DNA of 64,000 nt from Desulfovibrionaceae bacterium (GTDB lineage: Bacteria; Desulfobacterota; Desulfovibrionia; Desulfovibrionales; Desulfovibrionaceae). Made by a program: the position numbers and the translations under genes. Location of the stretch: contig CAXXPO010000006.1 in NCBI GenBank assembly GCA_963665185.2, positions 14,156 to 78,155 of the forward strand, written 5' to 3'. Of the stretch, positions 19,668 to 29,405 are shown in pieces; the first letter of the stretch is position 1; every line of letters starts with the position of its first letter. Under the pieces are notes generated by a model, which was given only the letters and a program-made list of their open reading frames with translations, did not search any database and was not told the origin of the DNA.

Positions 19668-19681
19668 CCTCGAGCATCACG

Positions 19682-20122
19682 CTACTTCTTCAATTCCGCC
19701 ATCTGCGCCCTCAGATAGGCTCCCGCCACAATGCCGAAATCCTCGTCCTTCGCGTGTTTCTCGCCGTATGCCCGCAGATCTTCATCTATCTGCTTTTCCA
19801 TGGTCGCAGACTCGATGTACATGAGGTAGACCAGCAAAAGCGCGGTCGTATTTTCACGGGTTCCGTCGCACAGGACCTTGACCTGCTCCACGGGCACGGT
19901 CTCGAACAGCCGTTTCGTGAACATGGAAACCCATTTCTCGTACAAATCCAGAAGCACCGGAGGAATCAGGGACGACACCGTACATGCGGCATCATAATCC
20001 ATGACGGGCGCAGCCACGGCAAAATATTCCCGCAAGGCCTCGTAACGCCGGTCCTGGTCGCTGGTCAGGCGCTCCAGCACTTTTTCACGGATATGGGCGC
20101 GTAATTCCATGTGTTCAGGCAT
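19682..20122 (-). CDS. hypothetical protein (146 aa)
   Basis: Start reset to ATG 20122 (MPEHMEL), 1 nt after the upstream stop. No recognisable motif. Confidence 0.6.
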   Translation of the reverse strand: MPEHMELRAHIREKVLERLTSDQDRRYEALREYFAVAAPVMDYDAACTVSSLIPPVLLDLYEKWVSMFTKRLFETVPVEQVKVLCDGTRENTTALLLVYLMYIESATMEKQIDEDLRAYGEKHAKDEDFGIVAGAYLRAQMAELKK

Positions 20123-20123
20123 G

Positions 20124-20660
20124 TCAGCCTTCCTGCTGATTGTGCATGAACTTGGGACAATTGTCCTTGAGGTTGCAGATGACACAGCCGCCTTCATACG
20201 GATAGGGCGTGAGCACGGCGTACTGATGATCAAGCGATCCCTGGTCGTTCCAGGTCACACCGACTTTTTTGAGCGCCTTGCGCAATTCCTTGGTGGGACG
20301 GGGAACCGGAGCGCAGCCCGCACCCTCGGCCAGTTCAGGGATGTAGCTGCTGGCCGCGGACATGACCATGGCAATGGCCAGGGTATGCATGGCAAAGCCA
20401 TCCGAAGGGGTTTCGCGCCACAAACTGTCCACGTCGATGTCCACGGTCTGGTTCAGATGGATGAGGAGCACGCCCTTGCCGTTCTGCTCGTCCTTGGGTT
20501 CGAAAGTGTAGGCCTTGAGTCTGGGAAGCCACTCGAACCATTTTGCTTCCAGTTTTTCCAACAGTTCGTGCTCTATCCTGCGGGAACCGAACAACCCAAG
20601 AAAAAAACCGAGGTCGAACTCTGGTTCGGCCTTGAGTGTGCTATAACGCAATTGGCTCAT
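20124..20660 (-). CDS. hypothetical protein with C-terminal Cys motif (GGCVICNLKDNCP)
   Basis: Start reset to ATG 20660 (MSQLRY), behind AGGAG. Translationally coupled to the downstream gene. Confidence 0.6.
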   Translation of the reverse strand: MSQLRYSTLKAEPEFDLGFFLGLFGSRRIEHELLEKLEAKWFEWLPRLKAYTFEPKDEQNGKGVLLIHLNQTVDIDVDSLWRETPSDGFAMHTLAIAMVMSAASSYIPELAEGAGCAPVPRPTKELRKALKKVGVTWNDQGSLDHQYAVLTPYPYEGGCVICNLKDNCPKFMHNQQEG

Positions 20661-20851
20661 GAAAAACTCCTGAACAGAAGATACCCCGGTCTGGCTATGA
20701 TGAAAAAGCATCACCTTTTCCGGTTCCGGGCGGATATTTCGTAAGAATGTCTGGGCGGTGTACCGTTTTTGGAAGGGGTTTACAAGGCGTGGCCGCAAGA
20801 AGAAAGACACCGAGCCGCCTGCAAATGTTCAGGCCACAGGGTACGGCGAGA

Positions 20852-23800
20852 TTACTGCCCCCCGGCGCTGCTGAATTGACGGGCCTGTTCCTCCAGGCTC
20901 TTTGACGCCAGGTCGGATTGAGCGGACCTGGCAGCCAAAGACCCCGGCTTTTCCTTGATAAGATTTTCCAGCACCTTGCGCCATGTTTTGTTATCGCCCA
21001 GTTTTCTATAAATTCCGGCCAGGCGGTATTGAAATGAAGGCCAGTCCGGTGCGTCCTTTCTGATGAGCGAGTTGTATTCCACTGCCCACTGCAACGTATC
21101 GGTCAATCTCCCGGAAAATTCAGTGGCGTCCATGAGCATGACAAGCAGATCCTTGACCTTCTGGTTGTCCACTCCCGAAGCCAGGAACAGGGCCAGCCCT
21201 TCCTGGGCAAAAACATATTGTTTCTGCAACTGCCCTTCTTCTCCGGCAAAACGGGCCATGTAGTACAAGGCGTAGGCGCGTTTGACCGGATCGCTCTTAT
21301 ATTCGGCGGCCAGCTTGGCCCAAAGCTTGCGGCTCTTATCCATCTGCCCGAGATTCACCATGGCCAGAGCCTGGGCGTAATCCACCTCGAAACGCAAGGC
21401 CTCGGGAAGCTCCCAATCCGCCGTATTGTTACCAAGTGTGAGAATATCGCTCCACCCATCCCTGTCCAGATAGATATTCAAGGCCAGCTCCACTGCAATT
21501 TCCGAAAGCTTGCCCTGCTTCGGACCTTCCAGAAACGGCTTGGCCATAGCCAGGGCCTTGTCCGGGGTATCACGCTTCCAGTAGCTCATGGCCACGGCCA
21601 TGCGCGAATCCGGAGTCAGCTTTTCCAGGTACTCTGCCAGAAAAGGATGCTGCTCCCAGGTTTTAACAATGCGCGGATAATTTTCTTCGGCCAGAGCCTG
21701 GGCCGTGCTTTTTTCAAAAGCGGCCAGTCCCACATCCAGGGCACGTTCCGCAAGAGAACTTTTGGGATACATTCCGAAAAAATCCTGAACCGCCCCCATG
21801 GCTTCTTCCAACTGGTTGTTGAACATGTACCACATGGACAACTTGAGCTGGGCCAGCGGAGCCAGGGCGCTCTTGGGAAAATTCTTTACGATCTTGGTAT
21901 AGATTTCCACGGGGCGGACATTGTAGGGTCTGTCAAACACCGTGAACATCTGCTCCATATTCGGATCGTCGTAGATCCCCTCCTCGGCCAACCGCATGCT
22001 GGAAACCAGACCACCCTGGGATTCTGGATAATTCTTGGCAGTAAAGGCATAAACGTCTTTAGCCGCCTGTTCCTTTTTTTCCCGCAGGTAAATATCACCG
22101 ATGCGGGCCAGGACGATATCCATATCCTTGGCTTCCGGGGTCAGGTTGTAAAAGGTCCAGTAATCCGTTTTCGCCTTTTCAAACTTGTCCAGCTTGTTGG
22201 CGATATTGCCGGACAGACGAAGAAATTCCGGCGAGTCCACATAGTAGCGCGGCCAACGCTTATCTATATAATCGATGATCTGGTAGGCCTGCTGGTTGAA
22301 GCCTAGCTGGTCCAATGAATTGGCCAGGCCCAACGCGGCCTCCCGCACAACCTTGCTGTCCGGAAGGTCTGCACCAGATACTGGAAGCGATCGGCCGCCT
22401 TGCGGTATTCCCCCCGGTCAAAGTGATACTGGCCCCAGTAGTATTCAATGAAAGGAATATTGTCGTCGTCAGGGTACTTCTTCTTGAGAATGTTGAAATA
22501 GGCTCCGGCCTCGGGAAGGTTCCCCACCTTCATGTTGATAAGACCGAGATTAAGCAGCCCTTCAGGCACTCTCGGCGATTTCGGATTGTAATTGATGGCC
22601 TGGTCGAACGCCCCGGTCAATTCCCCGAAATGCGTGGCCAACTCGTCCTTATGCAACTGAAATTTCGCCGAGGCCATGGTATACAGGGTTTCCTCGCGCA
22701 ATTCTTCGGGAAAATCAGGATCTTTCAGAAGAGTACCCAAAAGATCCACTGCCTGGGCGTAATTGTCGGCCATGAGCATTGAAGTGGCTTGATCCAGCTG
22801 TGTTTCAATCTCAATGCGGTGCAAAGTGGCATTATCCATTTCCAGGGCCACCTGCTCGCCCTCCAGGCTTGCATTGGCAATAGCCGCCTGGGTCGCATTT
22901 TCCATGATGATGTCCACAGCTTCACCGACTTTTCCGGCCTCCGCTTCCGCCGCGATATCGCGCCCCAGTGCGCCGCCCTGGACAACATCCTGCCGAATGT
23001 CCGTTGCCGCGTCCCCAAGGGACTGTTCCGCGTCGGTTGCAAGACTTCCCACGCCCTTTTCCGCATCGGCCAACATCTGCTCAAGCGTCTTCCTGACCGC
23101 CTTCATGCGCAGGGAAGGACCGGCTGGACGACCGGGGAGGGCAGACTGGGCAGACAGACCGCCGTCGGCCGAAGCGGTTGCTGCGGGAACAGGCGCAACA
23201 TCAGGATTTTTTTGAACCACCTGCTTCTGAAGTTCGGCAACTTCCGAAGCTGCATCCTGTGATTGCGCAGGAGGATCGACTGAAGCTGATGGCGGGCTCT
23301 CAGCGGATGTGCCGGAAGAAAGCTCGGGCAACATGGCCGGAGTCAGTGCAGGCGAACTTGCGCCTTTTGGCGGTTCCGCCGTCGTACTGAAAGCCTCGGC
23401 CCTGCTTGGACCGTCTTTTTGAATAGGTGCGCGCATGGCATAAGGAACACTGAAAAAAGGTTTCCGCATGTCGCCTGGCTGATCTTTTAAAGACGACGGC
23501 TTCTCAAGTTTCTGCACACTTTTCTGTTGCGTCGGCTTTTCAGCAGACATGGGCTTTGCAGGAACAGGCGCGGCGGAATCCTTTATGGAAGATTTGGCCG
23601 ATGGCGTCGCCACCTTACGTTGGGACAAGGGTTTGGCCGCCGGTTCAGGCTTTTTCCTGGAGGACTCTGGGGATGTCGAACGAGGCTTCCAACGCGCTCC
23701 GATAGGATCCCTGAAGATCTGCAAGGTCATGCTGCCACGTTGCGTGGGCAGCTTGATAAACCCGAATCCGTTGGTGGCCATTGTCAGCACCAGCCCGGTA

Positions 23801-24087
23801 TCCGTGGGCGCTATGGAACGTATAAGCCGGGAATCTGGAAAGCTCTGTGCCGCAGGTCGGGCTTCGCGCTTCCAGACATCCTTGCCCATTGCGATAACAA
23901 GCCGCGTGGTCCCTGTCCGGCTGACAAGCGGAATGGTGTTGTCGGCATCCAATGAAAGGCGCAGAGTTTCCGTGCTGTCCGAAACGCTCAGCTCATAACT
24001 CAGTGCGCAGACCTGCGAAGGCATGCTCAAAAACGCCAAAAGCGCGACAAGGAGCCAGCCGAGACTGGTGCGTGGCAGTTTTCTCAC
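20852..24087 (-). pseudogene. AMIN-domain / TPR-repeat envelope protein interrupted by a 1-nt deletion (or sequencing error)
   Basis: ORFs 22303..24087 and 20852..22348 join as ...DRFQYLVQTF|PDSKVVREAALGLANSL if one C is restored in TTCCGG near 22358-22366. The span is 3236 nt, one short of a multiple of three. It has an N-terminal signal peptide, an AMIN-like beta region, a P/A/S-rich linker and many TPRs. Confidence 0.8.
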
Positions 24088-24297
24088 AAAGACCTTTGTT
24101 GCAATAACCGTGCAACAAGAAATACTTCTTTACTCCGACACTCTGGAAAAATATCCCCTACAGCATTGGAAGCCCCTGACGCTACGGTGCAGGGCCACCG
24201 CCCATCACGTAACCAGTCGAAAAAGAAAAACGTCTTCAGAAAACGGATCACTCCACCAACAATAAAACATTGCCCCCACCATGCGCTTATAACCGCA

Positions 24298-25308
24298 CTA
24301 GATATCTATCTTCTTTTTCTTCAGCTTTTCGATCAGCGTTGTCCTTTTGATTCCAAGAATTTCCGCTGCCTGGTTTTTTATTCCGCTGGACATGTCCAAG
24401 GCTTGTCGCAACAACCGCTCTTCCACTGCATCCATGAAATCCTTCAAAGCCATATCGTGTTCTTTCAGATGCTCGATCGTGGGCCAACAAAAACCTAACG
24501 ATTCCGACAGCAAGGCAGGCTTCGGCTTTTCCTCGCCCATGTCACGCCAAATTTTTTCAGGCAAATCATCGGGAACAATCTCATCGTTTTCACAGAGAAT
24601 GGACAGACGCTCCATGAAATTCTCCAGTTCACGAACATTGCCCGGCCAACTGTAGTTCATGAGCATGTCTCGAGCCTGCACGGAAAGACAAAGGGCGTTC
24701 CGTTCCTTTGCAGCGCAAAATCGTCCCAGGAAATGCTGGGCCAATGAAAGGATATCCCTCCCACGCTCGCGCAACGGAGGAAGGTGCATGGGGATGACGT
24801 TCAACCGATAGAAAAGATCCTCGCGGAACCGGCCTGCCTCGACTTCATTTTCAAGATTGCGGTTGGTGGCCGCCACAATACGGACATCTGCCTGGATGGT
24901 CTTCACTCCGCCCACGCGTTCAAACTCGCGTTCCTGCAACACCCGCAGAATCTTGACTTGCAGGCTCAAATCCATTTCGCCGATTTCGTCGAGAAAGACG
25001 GTGCCGCCCTGAGCCAATTCAAAACGCCCCGGCCTGGAACGAACTGCGTGGGTAAAGGCTCCCTTTTCATGGCCGAAAAGCTCGGACTCCAAAAGCTCCT
25101 TTGGGATGGCACCGCAATTTATGGGAACAAAGGGAAACTGGGCACGCTTGCTGTTACGGTGCAAGGCCCGGACAAGCAACTCCTTGCCCGTGCCGGATTC
25201 GCCGGTAACCAACACCGTCGAATCCGTGGGTGCAACCTTTTGCAAGACTTTGAACACCTCTTGCAGGGCGCGGCTTTCGCCGATAATTCCATCCAGTTTC
25301 AAGCTCAT
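24298..25308 (-). CDS. sigma-54-dependent transcriptional activator lacking an N-terminal sensory/receiver domain
   Basis: The AAA+ core starts at residue ~7 (IIGES...[23 protein letters not shown]). C-terminal Fis-type HTH ([18 protein letters not shown]). Confidence 0.9.
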   Translation of the reverse strand: MSLKLDGIIGESRALQEVFKVLQKVAPTDSTVLVTGESGTGKELLVRALHRNSKRAQFPFVPINCGAIPKELLESELFGHEKGAFTHAVRSRPGRFELAQGGTVFLDEIGEMDLSLQVKILRVLQEREFERVGGVKTIQADVRIVAATNRNLENEVEAGRFREDLFYRLNVIPMHLPPLRERGRDILSLAQHFLGRFCAAKERNALCLSVQARDMLMNYSWPGNVRELENFMERLSILCENDEIVPDDLPEKIWRDMGEEKPKPALLSESLGFCWPTIEHLKEHDMALKDFMDAVEERLLRQALDMSSGIKNQAAEILGIKRTTLIEKLKKKKIDI

Positions 25309-25481
25309 GTCTACTCCCGATTAGGCTGGCTCACATGAACATGCACAGTGAATGCCTGGAATTGTGCTGTCAATTATATGACGCGAAGTCAATGAAAAAG
25401 TGACTGCAATTTCAAATAATCGTTTCCGGAATCATTTGTTCAATTGGAAACAAGAAAAAAACATGGATTTCATAACGGCGG

Positions 25482-25498
25482 TAGGCTAATCTTTTGCT
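25482..25498 (+). promoter_or_regulatory. putative sigma-54 (-24/-12) promoter of the vWA-OmpA gene
   Basis: tAGGCtaatcttTTGCt has GG and GC at the canonical spacing. About 55 nt upstream of ATG 25553 and divergent from the activator gene. Confidence 0.6.
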
Positions 25499-25552
25499 AC
25501 GTCATCCCCCCTTTCTCCAACCAAGAAAAATGAGCAACAAAGGAGTTCGTTC

Positions 25553-26593
25553 ATGAAAAAACTGATGATGTCTCTTGTGCTGGTAGCAATACTCTGCATG
25601 ACGACAACAGCTTTTGCACAAGAGTACGAAAAAAAAGCTGACAACTTTGTGATTCTCTTTGATGCGTCCGGCTCCATGAGTAGGGAATACTATGACACCG
25701 GGAAGAAAAAAGCGGTCATTGCAAAAGAAATCCTGGAAGCAATGAACCAGCACATCCCCGACCTCGGATACCGGTGCGCCTTGTATTCCTTTACTCCTTG
25801 GAAAAATTTCTACGGTCCCGCTCCGTACGAACGCAACAATTTTGAGGCCGCCATCGACTCGCTGCCCATCGATCCAAACATCGTCTTCGGCTACCCCACT
25901 CCCATGGGAAAAGCCATGGTCGAGCTTGACCCGGTTCTGGCCCAGATGGACGGCAGGACCCTGGTTTACCTCTTCTCCGACGGTCTGAACACCGACGACC
26001 TCAATGTCATCAAAAAAGCCGAAACACTGACCAAAAAATACGATGTCTGCTTCATCATTGTCAGCATGGCCACAACCCCTCAAGGAAAGGCCACTCTTGA
26101 AGCCATCCGCGACCTCACAAAATGCTCGCACATCATCGGTTTCGACGATGCAGTAAATAGCCCGGAACTTTTTCTGGACGATCTCTACGTGAAAAAGGCT
26201 GCACGCGTGGAAGTTGTCGTTGTGGAAAAAAAGGTTATCAAACTGCTGCCGCCTCCCGCCCCTGTGGTTACGTTCTGGTTTAAGAACGACTCTTCCAAGC
26301 TGAACGCCTTTGCCCGTTCCGCATGTGATGAAATAGCCCGGAGCCTGCGTAACGACCCTGACAGCAAACTGGGCATCGCCGGATTTGCCAGCGCTGAAGC
26401 CAGCGACGAATACAACATCAATCTCTCCAAGGCACGCGCCGAAGCCGCCCGCGACTATATCGTGAAAACTCACGGCATCTCCGCCGACCGCATTGAACTT
26501 GAGTGGTTTGGCGAAAGCTCTCCCGTGGCTGCCAACGATACCGCTGCAGGACGCCGTCTTAACCGCCGCGTCGAAATGGTCCTGATAAAGTAA
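25553..26593 (+). CDS. secreted vWA-domain protein with C-terminal OmpA-like peptidoglycan-binding domain
   Basis: Signal peptide (..TTTAFAQE), MIDAS motif DASGSMS, and an OmpA-C motif NRRVEMV at the C-terminus. Confidence 0.85.
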   Translation: MKKLMMSLVLVAILCMTTTAFAQEYEKKADNFVILFDASGSMSREYYDTGKKKAVIAKEILEAMNQHIPDLGYRCALYSFTPWKNFYGPAPYERNNFEAAIDSLPIDPNIVFGYPTPMGKAMVELDPVLAQMDGRTLVYLFSDGLNTDDLNVIKKAETLTKKYDVCFIIVSMATTPQGKATLEAIRDLTKCSHIIGFDDAVNSPELFLDDLYVKKAARVEVVVVEKKVIKLLPPPAPVVTFWFKNDSSKLNAFARSACDEIARSLRNDPDSKLGIAGFASAEASDEYNINLSKARAEAARDYIVKTHGISADRIELEWFGESSPVAANDTAAGRRLNRRVEMVLIK

Positions 26594-26608
26594 AAAAGCA
26601 CACCGAAC

Positions 26609-26638
26609 AGGTGCCCCCTTTAGCTACAGGGGGCACCT
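26609..26638 (+). terminator. stem-loop after vWA-OmpA gene (no U-tail)
   Basis: 11-bp stem AGGTGCCCCCT/AGGGGGCACCT with an 8-nt loop. No T-run on either side. Confidence 0.45.
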
Positions 26639-27528
26639 CCTCTCCCCTGATTTCCACACTGCGGTGATGCCCTGAGATGCCCTGCCCTGAACATCCGCAG
26701 CCGGCTCCAACATAAGATCGCCCTTCGGCATCGAAAAGATTTGACGCAAATCCAATTTCCGCGAGGCACCAATAACCATCCGGATTCGCAGTGCCAGACA
26801 GGATTCACGTTTCCCCGGCATACCCCCATCCTCTTCAGCCCACTGCGAAATCCTTTGCAGCTAGGAATGAGGCCGGACTACCAAAGTGCACTCCGCAGCA
26901 AGCGGCTGCATGAGCGAAATCAGGAAGCATCCATAGCAGGAGCCATCTGTCGTTAGGCCGGAGGGTAAAATGCTTGCTTTTCCAAATTGCGATAAACAAT
27001 GAAACACAGGATGTGTTTGTCGTGGAGACATCGGGGACGATCCACTTTCGAGACGGTGAATCGGAGGAGGGGCAAATGAGGTGACGTCGGTAAGAAGGTA
27101 TTGAATTCCAACGCGACCCGCTGTGGTTCAGCAGAGGGCTCCGTCATCTTGCTACCGGAGCATCGTCACTACCTGTGAAAACTGCCGCAGACTTTACCGC
27201 CACCATACCAGTGGCATGTCCGCAACAGATTCGTTTCACAGCACATGGGAATCCGTCGAATCCCGGCAAATGCCCTTTGCCGGAAACATTGCTGGCAGCC
27301 CAGAACGGCAATGCAGGTTTGCCTGGCCGAAACGGGTATAATCAGACAGGGAAAGCGCACAAGAGCTGCGACAGACGGTACGGCAATGCAGTCCCTATGT
27401 CCGCCCTGCTCCAGCACCCGTGCCCGCCAAAGAACATCGTCCATAAATCGGAACTGTCAGGTCAATCCGAAAAAGGACGCGGTGAACCCAGAACACAAAA
27501 CGAATTTACCTGATCGGGCAGAATATCC

Positions 27529-27915
27529 TCACCCGGCCGAAAGCGTGAAGGGAATCACATGCAATTGCGATGAAACCTGTACAGTACGGCCCAATCGCCA
27601 CTGCAAACTCTCCGGCGCCAATCCGACCTCCTTTTCCACGGCGCGGGCAACGCCCGTCACATTTATAACGGGGTGGCGCTCAAAGACCTGGGGCAACCCA
27701 GTGGTCAGGTTACAAGCCAGACATTTGCCAGGCCGCTGCTTAAGCTGAAAATCAAACTGAAGATTTGTGCAATCTCCGCCCGTGAAAGCAAGGGCAATGT
27801 CGTAGGCTCCTTCGGCGGAGTCACCAAGTAGAGCCTCAAAAAAGTGGTCCGCCCTGTCAGCGGGAAATATTTCCTCGCATTTTTCATGCGAAAAGATCGT
27901 GGTAAAATCGGTCAC
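27529..27915 (-). CDS. conserved hypothetical protein (128 aa)
   Basis: GTG start behind GAGGGGGAG. No motif that I can name with confidence. Confidence 0.6.
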   Translation of the reverse strand: MTDFTTIFSHEKCEEIFPADRADHFFEALLGDSAEGAYDIALAFTGGDCTNLQFDFQLKQRPGKCLACNLTTGLPQVFERHPVINVTGVARAVEKEVGLAPESLQWRLGRTVQVSSQLHVIPFTLSAG

Positions 27916-28031
27916 TTTTCTCCCCCTCTTCCAGACTTGGACTTCCTATCACAAACGTCCGATAGATTCTCGTGTGGTGGGATTTTCCGGTTTTTACAAA
28001 CAATGTCAAGCAAAGTGCGGCAGCTAAGCCC

Positions 28032-28071
28032 AACTCCGCAGGCCGAAAAGGCCCCCTTGGCCTGCGGAGTT
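28032..28071 (-). terminator. strong stem-loop downstream of the AhpD-like gene (no U-tail)
   Basis: 13-bp perfect arms AACTCCGCAGGCC/GGCCTGCGGAGTT. Confidence 0.45.
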
Positions 28072-28092
28072 AAGTATTCAACGACGAATTGG

Positions 28093-28608
28093 CTAATCTT
28101 TCATGAAACCATCAAACAAAATCCCTGACGAAAGCACCAATGTCGCATGGCAGGCGGCATCCAGCACATCGCTCTCAGTCCAACCGCAGGCTTGCACTGC
28201 CGCAATGTCCTGCCGGCTGACCGTTTTGGGATTTTTGATCACCTTGTCCACCAGTCCCAGCAGCGCCTGTTCCTTTTCTTCAAGCGGAGCCTGGGCAGGA
28301 TTCATCTTCACGTCCTCCAACTCCTGGTCAGTGAAACCCTGTGCCAGCAGCATTTTCCCGTTGTAGTTCGTGCAGCTGACATGTCCGCAATGCGTCGCAG
28401 CCAGATAGCGTATGGCTGTCAGCAAGGGAAATGACAACGTGGGATGGTTCTTGTAATACCCTAGAAATGCCGCATGAACGCCAAGAAGTCCCGGGCTGGC
28501 GGAAAAAAGACGAATAGGGTCCGGAATGCGGCCTTCCGGAAAAATGGAGTAAATGTCTTTGACAGCTCCTTCCGCCTTTTCCGGTTCCACAAGCTGAAGC
28601 AATGACAT
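28093..28608 (-). CDS. carboxymuconolactone decarboxylase (AhpD-like) family protein
   Basis: Start reset to ATG 28608 (MSLLQLVEPEKAEG). An internal ATHCGHVSC region resembles the CxxC/H region of the CMD family. Confidence 0.7.
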   Translation of the reverse strand: MSLLQLVEPEKAEGAVKDIYSIFPEGRIPDPIRLFSASPGLLGVHAAFLGYYKNHPTLSFPLLTAIRYLAATHCGHVSCTNYNGKMLLAQGFTDQELEDVKMNPAQAPLEEKEQALLGLVDKVIKNPKTVSRQDIAAVQACGWTESDVLDAACHATLVLSSGILFDGFMKD

Positions 28609-28746
28609 GAGAATATCCCCTTGGTTAAGTTGTTTATTTGCAAGTTGGAATACGACCGGTCGTCTACAATTTTTAAAAAAAATAACTCCGCATTGCGGAG
28701 CATAGTTAGACGCGCAGGATTCCATGGAACCTGCACAGCTCTCCCG

Positions 28747-29382
28747 CTACTTTTGTAAAAAAAACAAAAAAATATTCTCCAGCTCGTCCAAGGGCCGGGG
28801 GCTTCGTTCAAGCTTCATGCGCATGAGTGCCCCTTGCCATGCGGAAACAATCGTCCCGGCAAGGAGCCGGACATCAAGCCTGTCCGAGACTTCGCCTTTC
28901 TGCATCGCCTCGTGCAACACAGAGGCAACGCGGTCCACAATATGTTGAAAGACAATCTCGAGCTTGTGGCGCATGCACTCGCTGACTTCGCTCATCTCCT
29001 GTACCAGCTTGCCAAGGGGACATCCCAAGGAATATCCGCTCAACGCCCCCAGCCGCCGGGTTTCCTGAAGAAATCGAAGGATACGCTCCAACGGGGCCAA
29101 CGAAACATCCCCTAGGAATCGCGTCGGAGCGAGGTCGTCCTGTTGTATGTAAAAATCAATGAGCGCCGCCCCGAAGTCTTCTTTGCTTTTGAAATAATAA
29201 TAGAAAGACCCCTTGGGAACATCGGCGGCGCATAGAATTTCCGAGAGGCCCGTATTGTTGAACCCCTTTTCATGGACGAGCCGTCCTCCCACTTCGAGAA
29301 TCCGGAGCCTGGTGTCTACGCGTGCATTCACAAAGACACGACTAGACGACTGGTCTAGTCGTGTCAATAAAAATCCACCCAT
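28747..29382 (-). CDS. TetR/AcrR-family transcriptional regulator
   Basis: RILEVGGRLVHEKGFNNTGLSEILCAADVPKGSFYYYFKSKEDF is an HTH signature. The start is uncertain (ATG 29382 or GTG 29331). Confidence 0.85.
   Translation of the reverse strand: MGGFLLTRLDQSSSRVFVNARVDTRLRILEVGGRLVHEKGFNNTGLSEILCAADVPKGSFYYYFKSKEDFGAALIDFYIQQDDLAPTRFLGDVSLAPLERILRFLQETRRLGALSGYSLGCPLGKLVQEMSEVSECMRHKLEIVFQHIVDRVASVLHEAMQKGEVSDRLDVRLLAGTIVSAWQGALMRMKLERSPRPLDELENIFLFFLQK
29336..29364. promoter_or_regulatory. 11-bp perfect inverted repeat, probable TetR operator
   Basis: ACACGACTAGA-N7-TCTAGTCGTGT at the 5' end of the TetR gene. The minus strand reads TTGACACGACTAGA... Confidence 0.5.
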
Positions 29383-29405
29383 CCTTTTCAGCGTTCTTGC
29401 TTCGA

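Noticed and set aside
26780-26830. Minus-strand GGGGAAACGUGAAUCCUGUCUGGCACUGCGAA, which superficially resembles the core of a cobalamin riboswitch
   Set aside because: No B12-box (GCCACUG / AGYCMGG-type) follows it, and no gene lies downstream on that strand. The resemblance is limited to a few bases.
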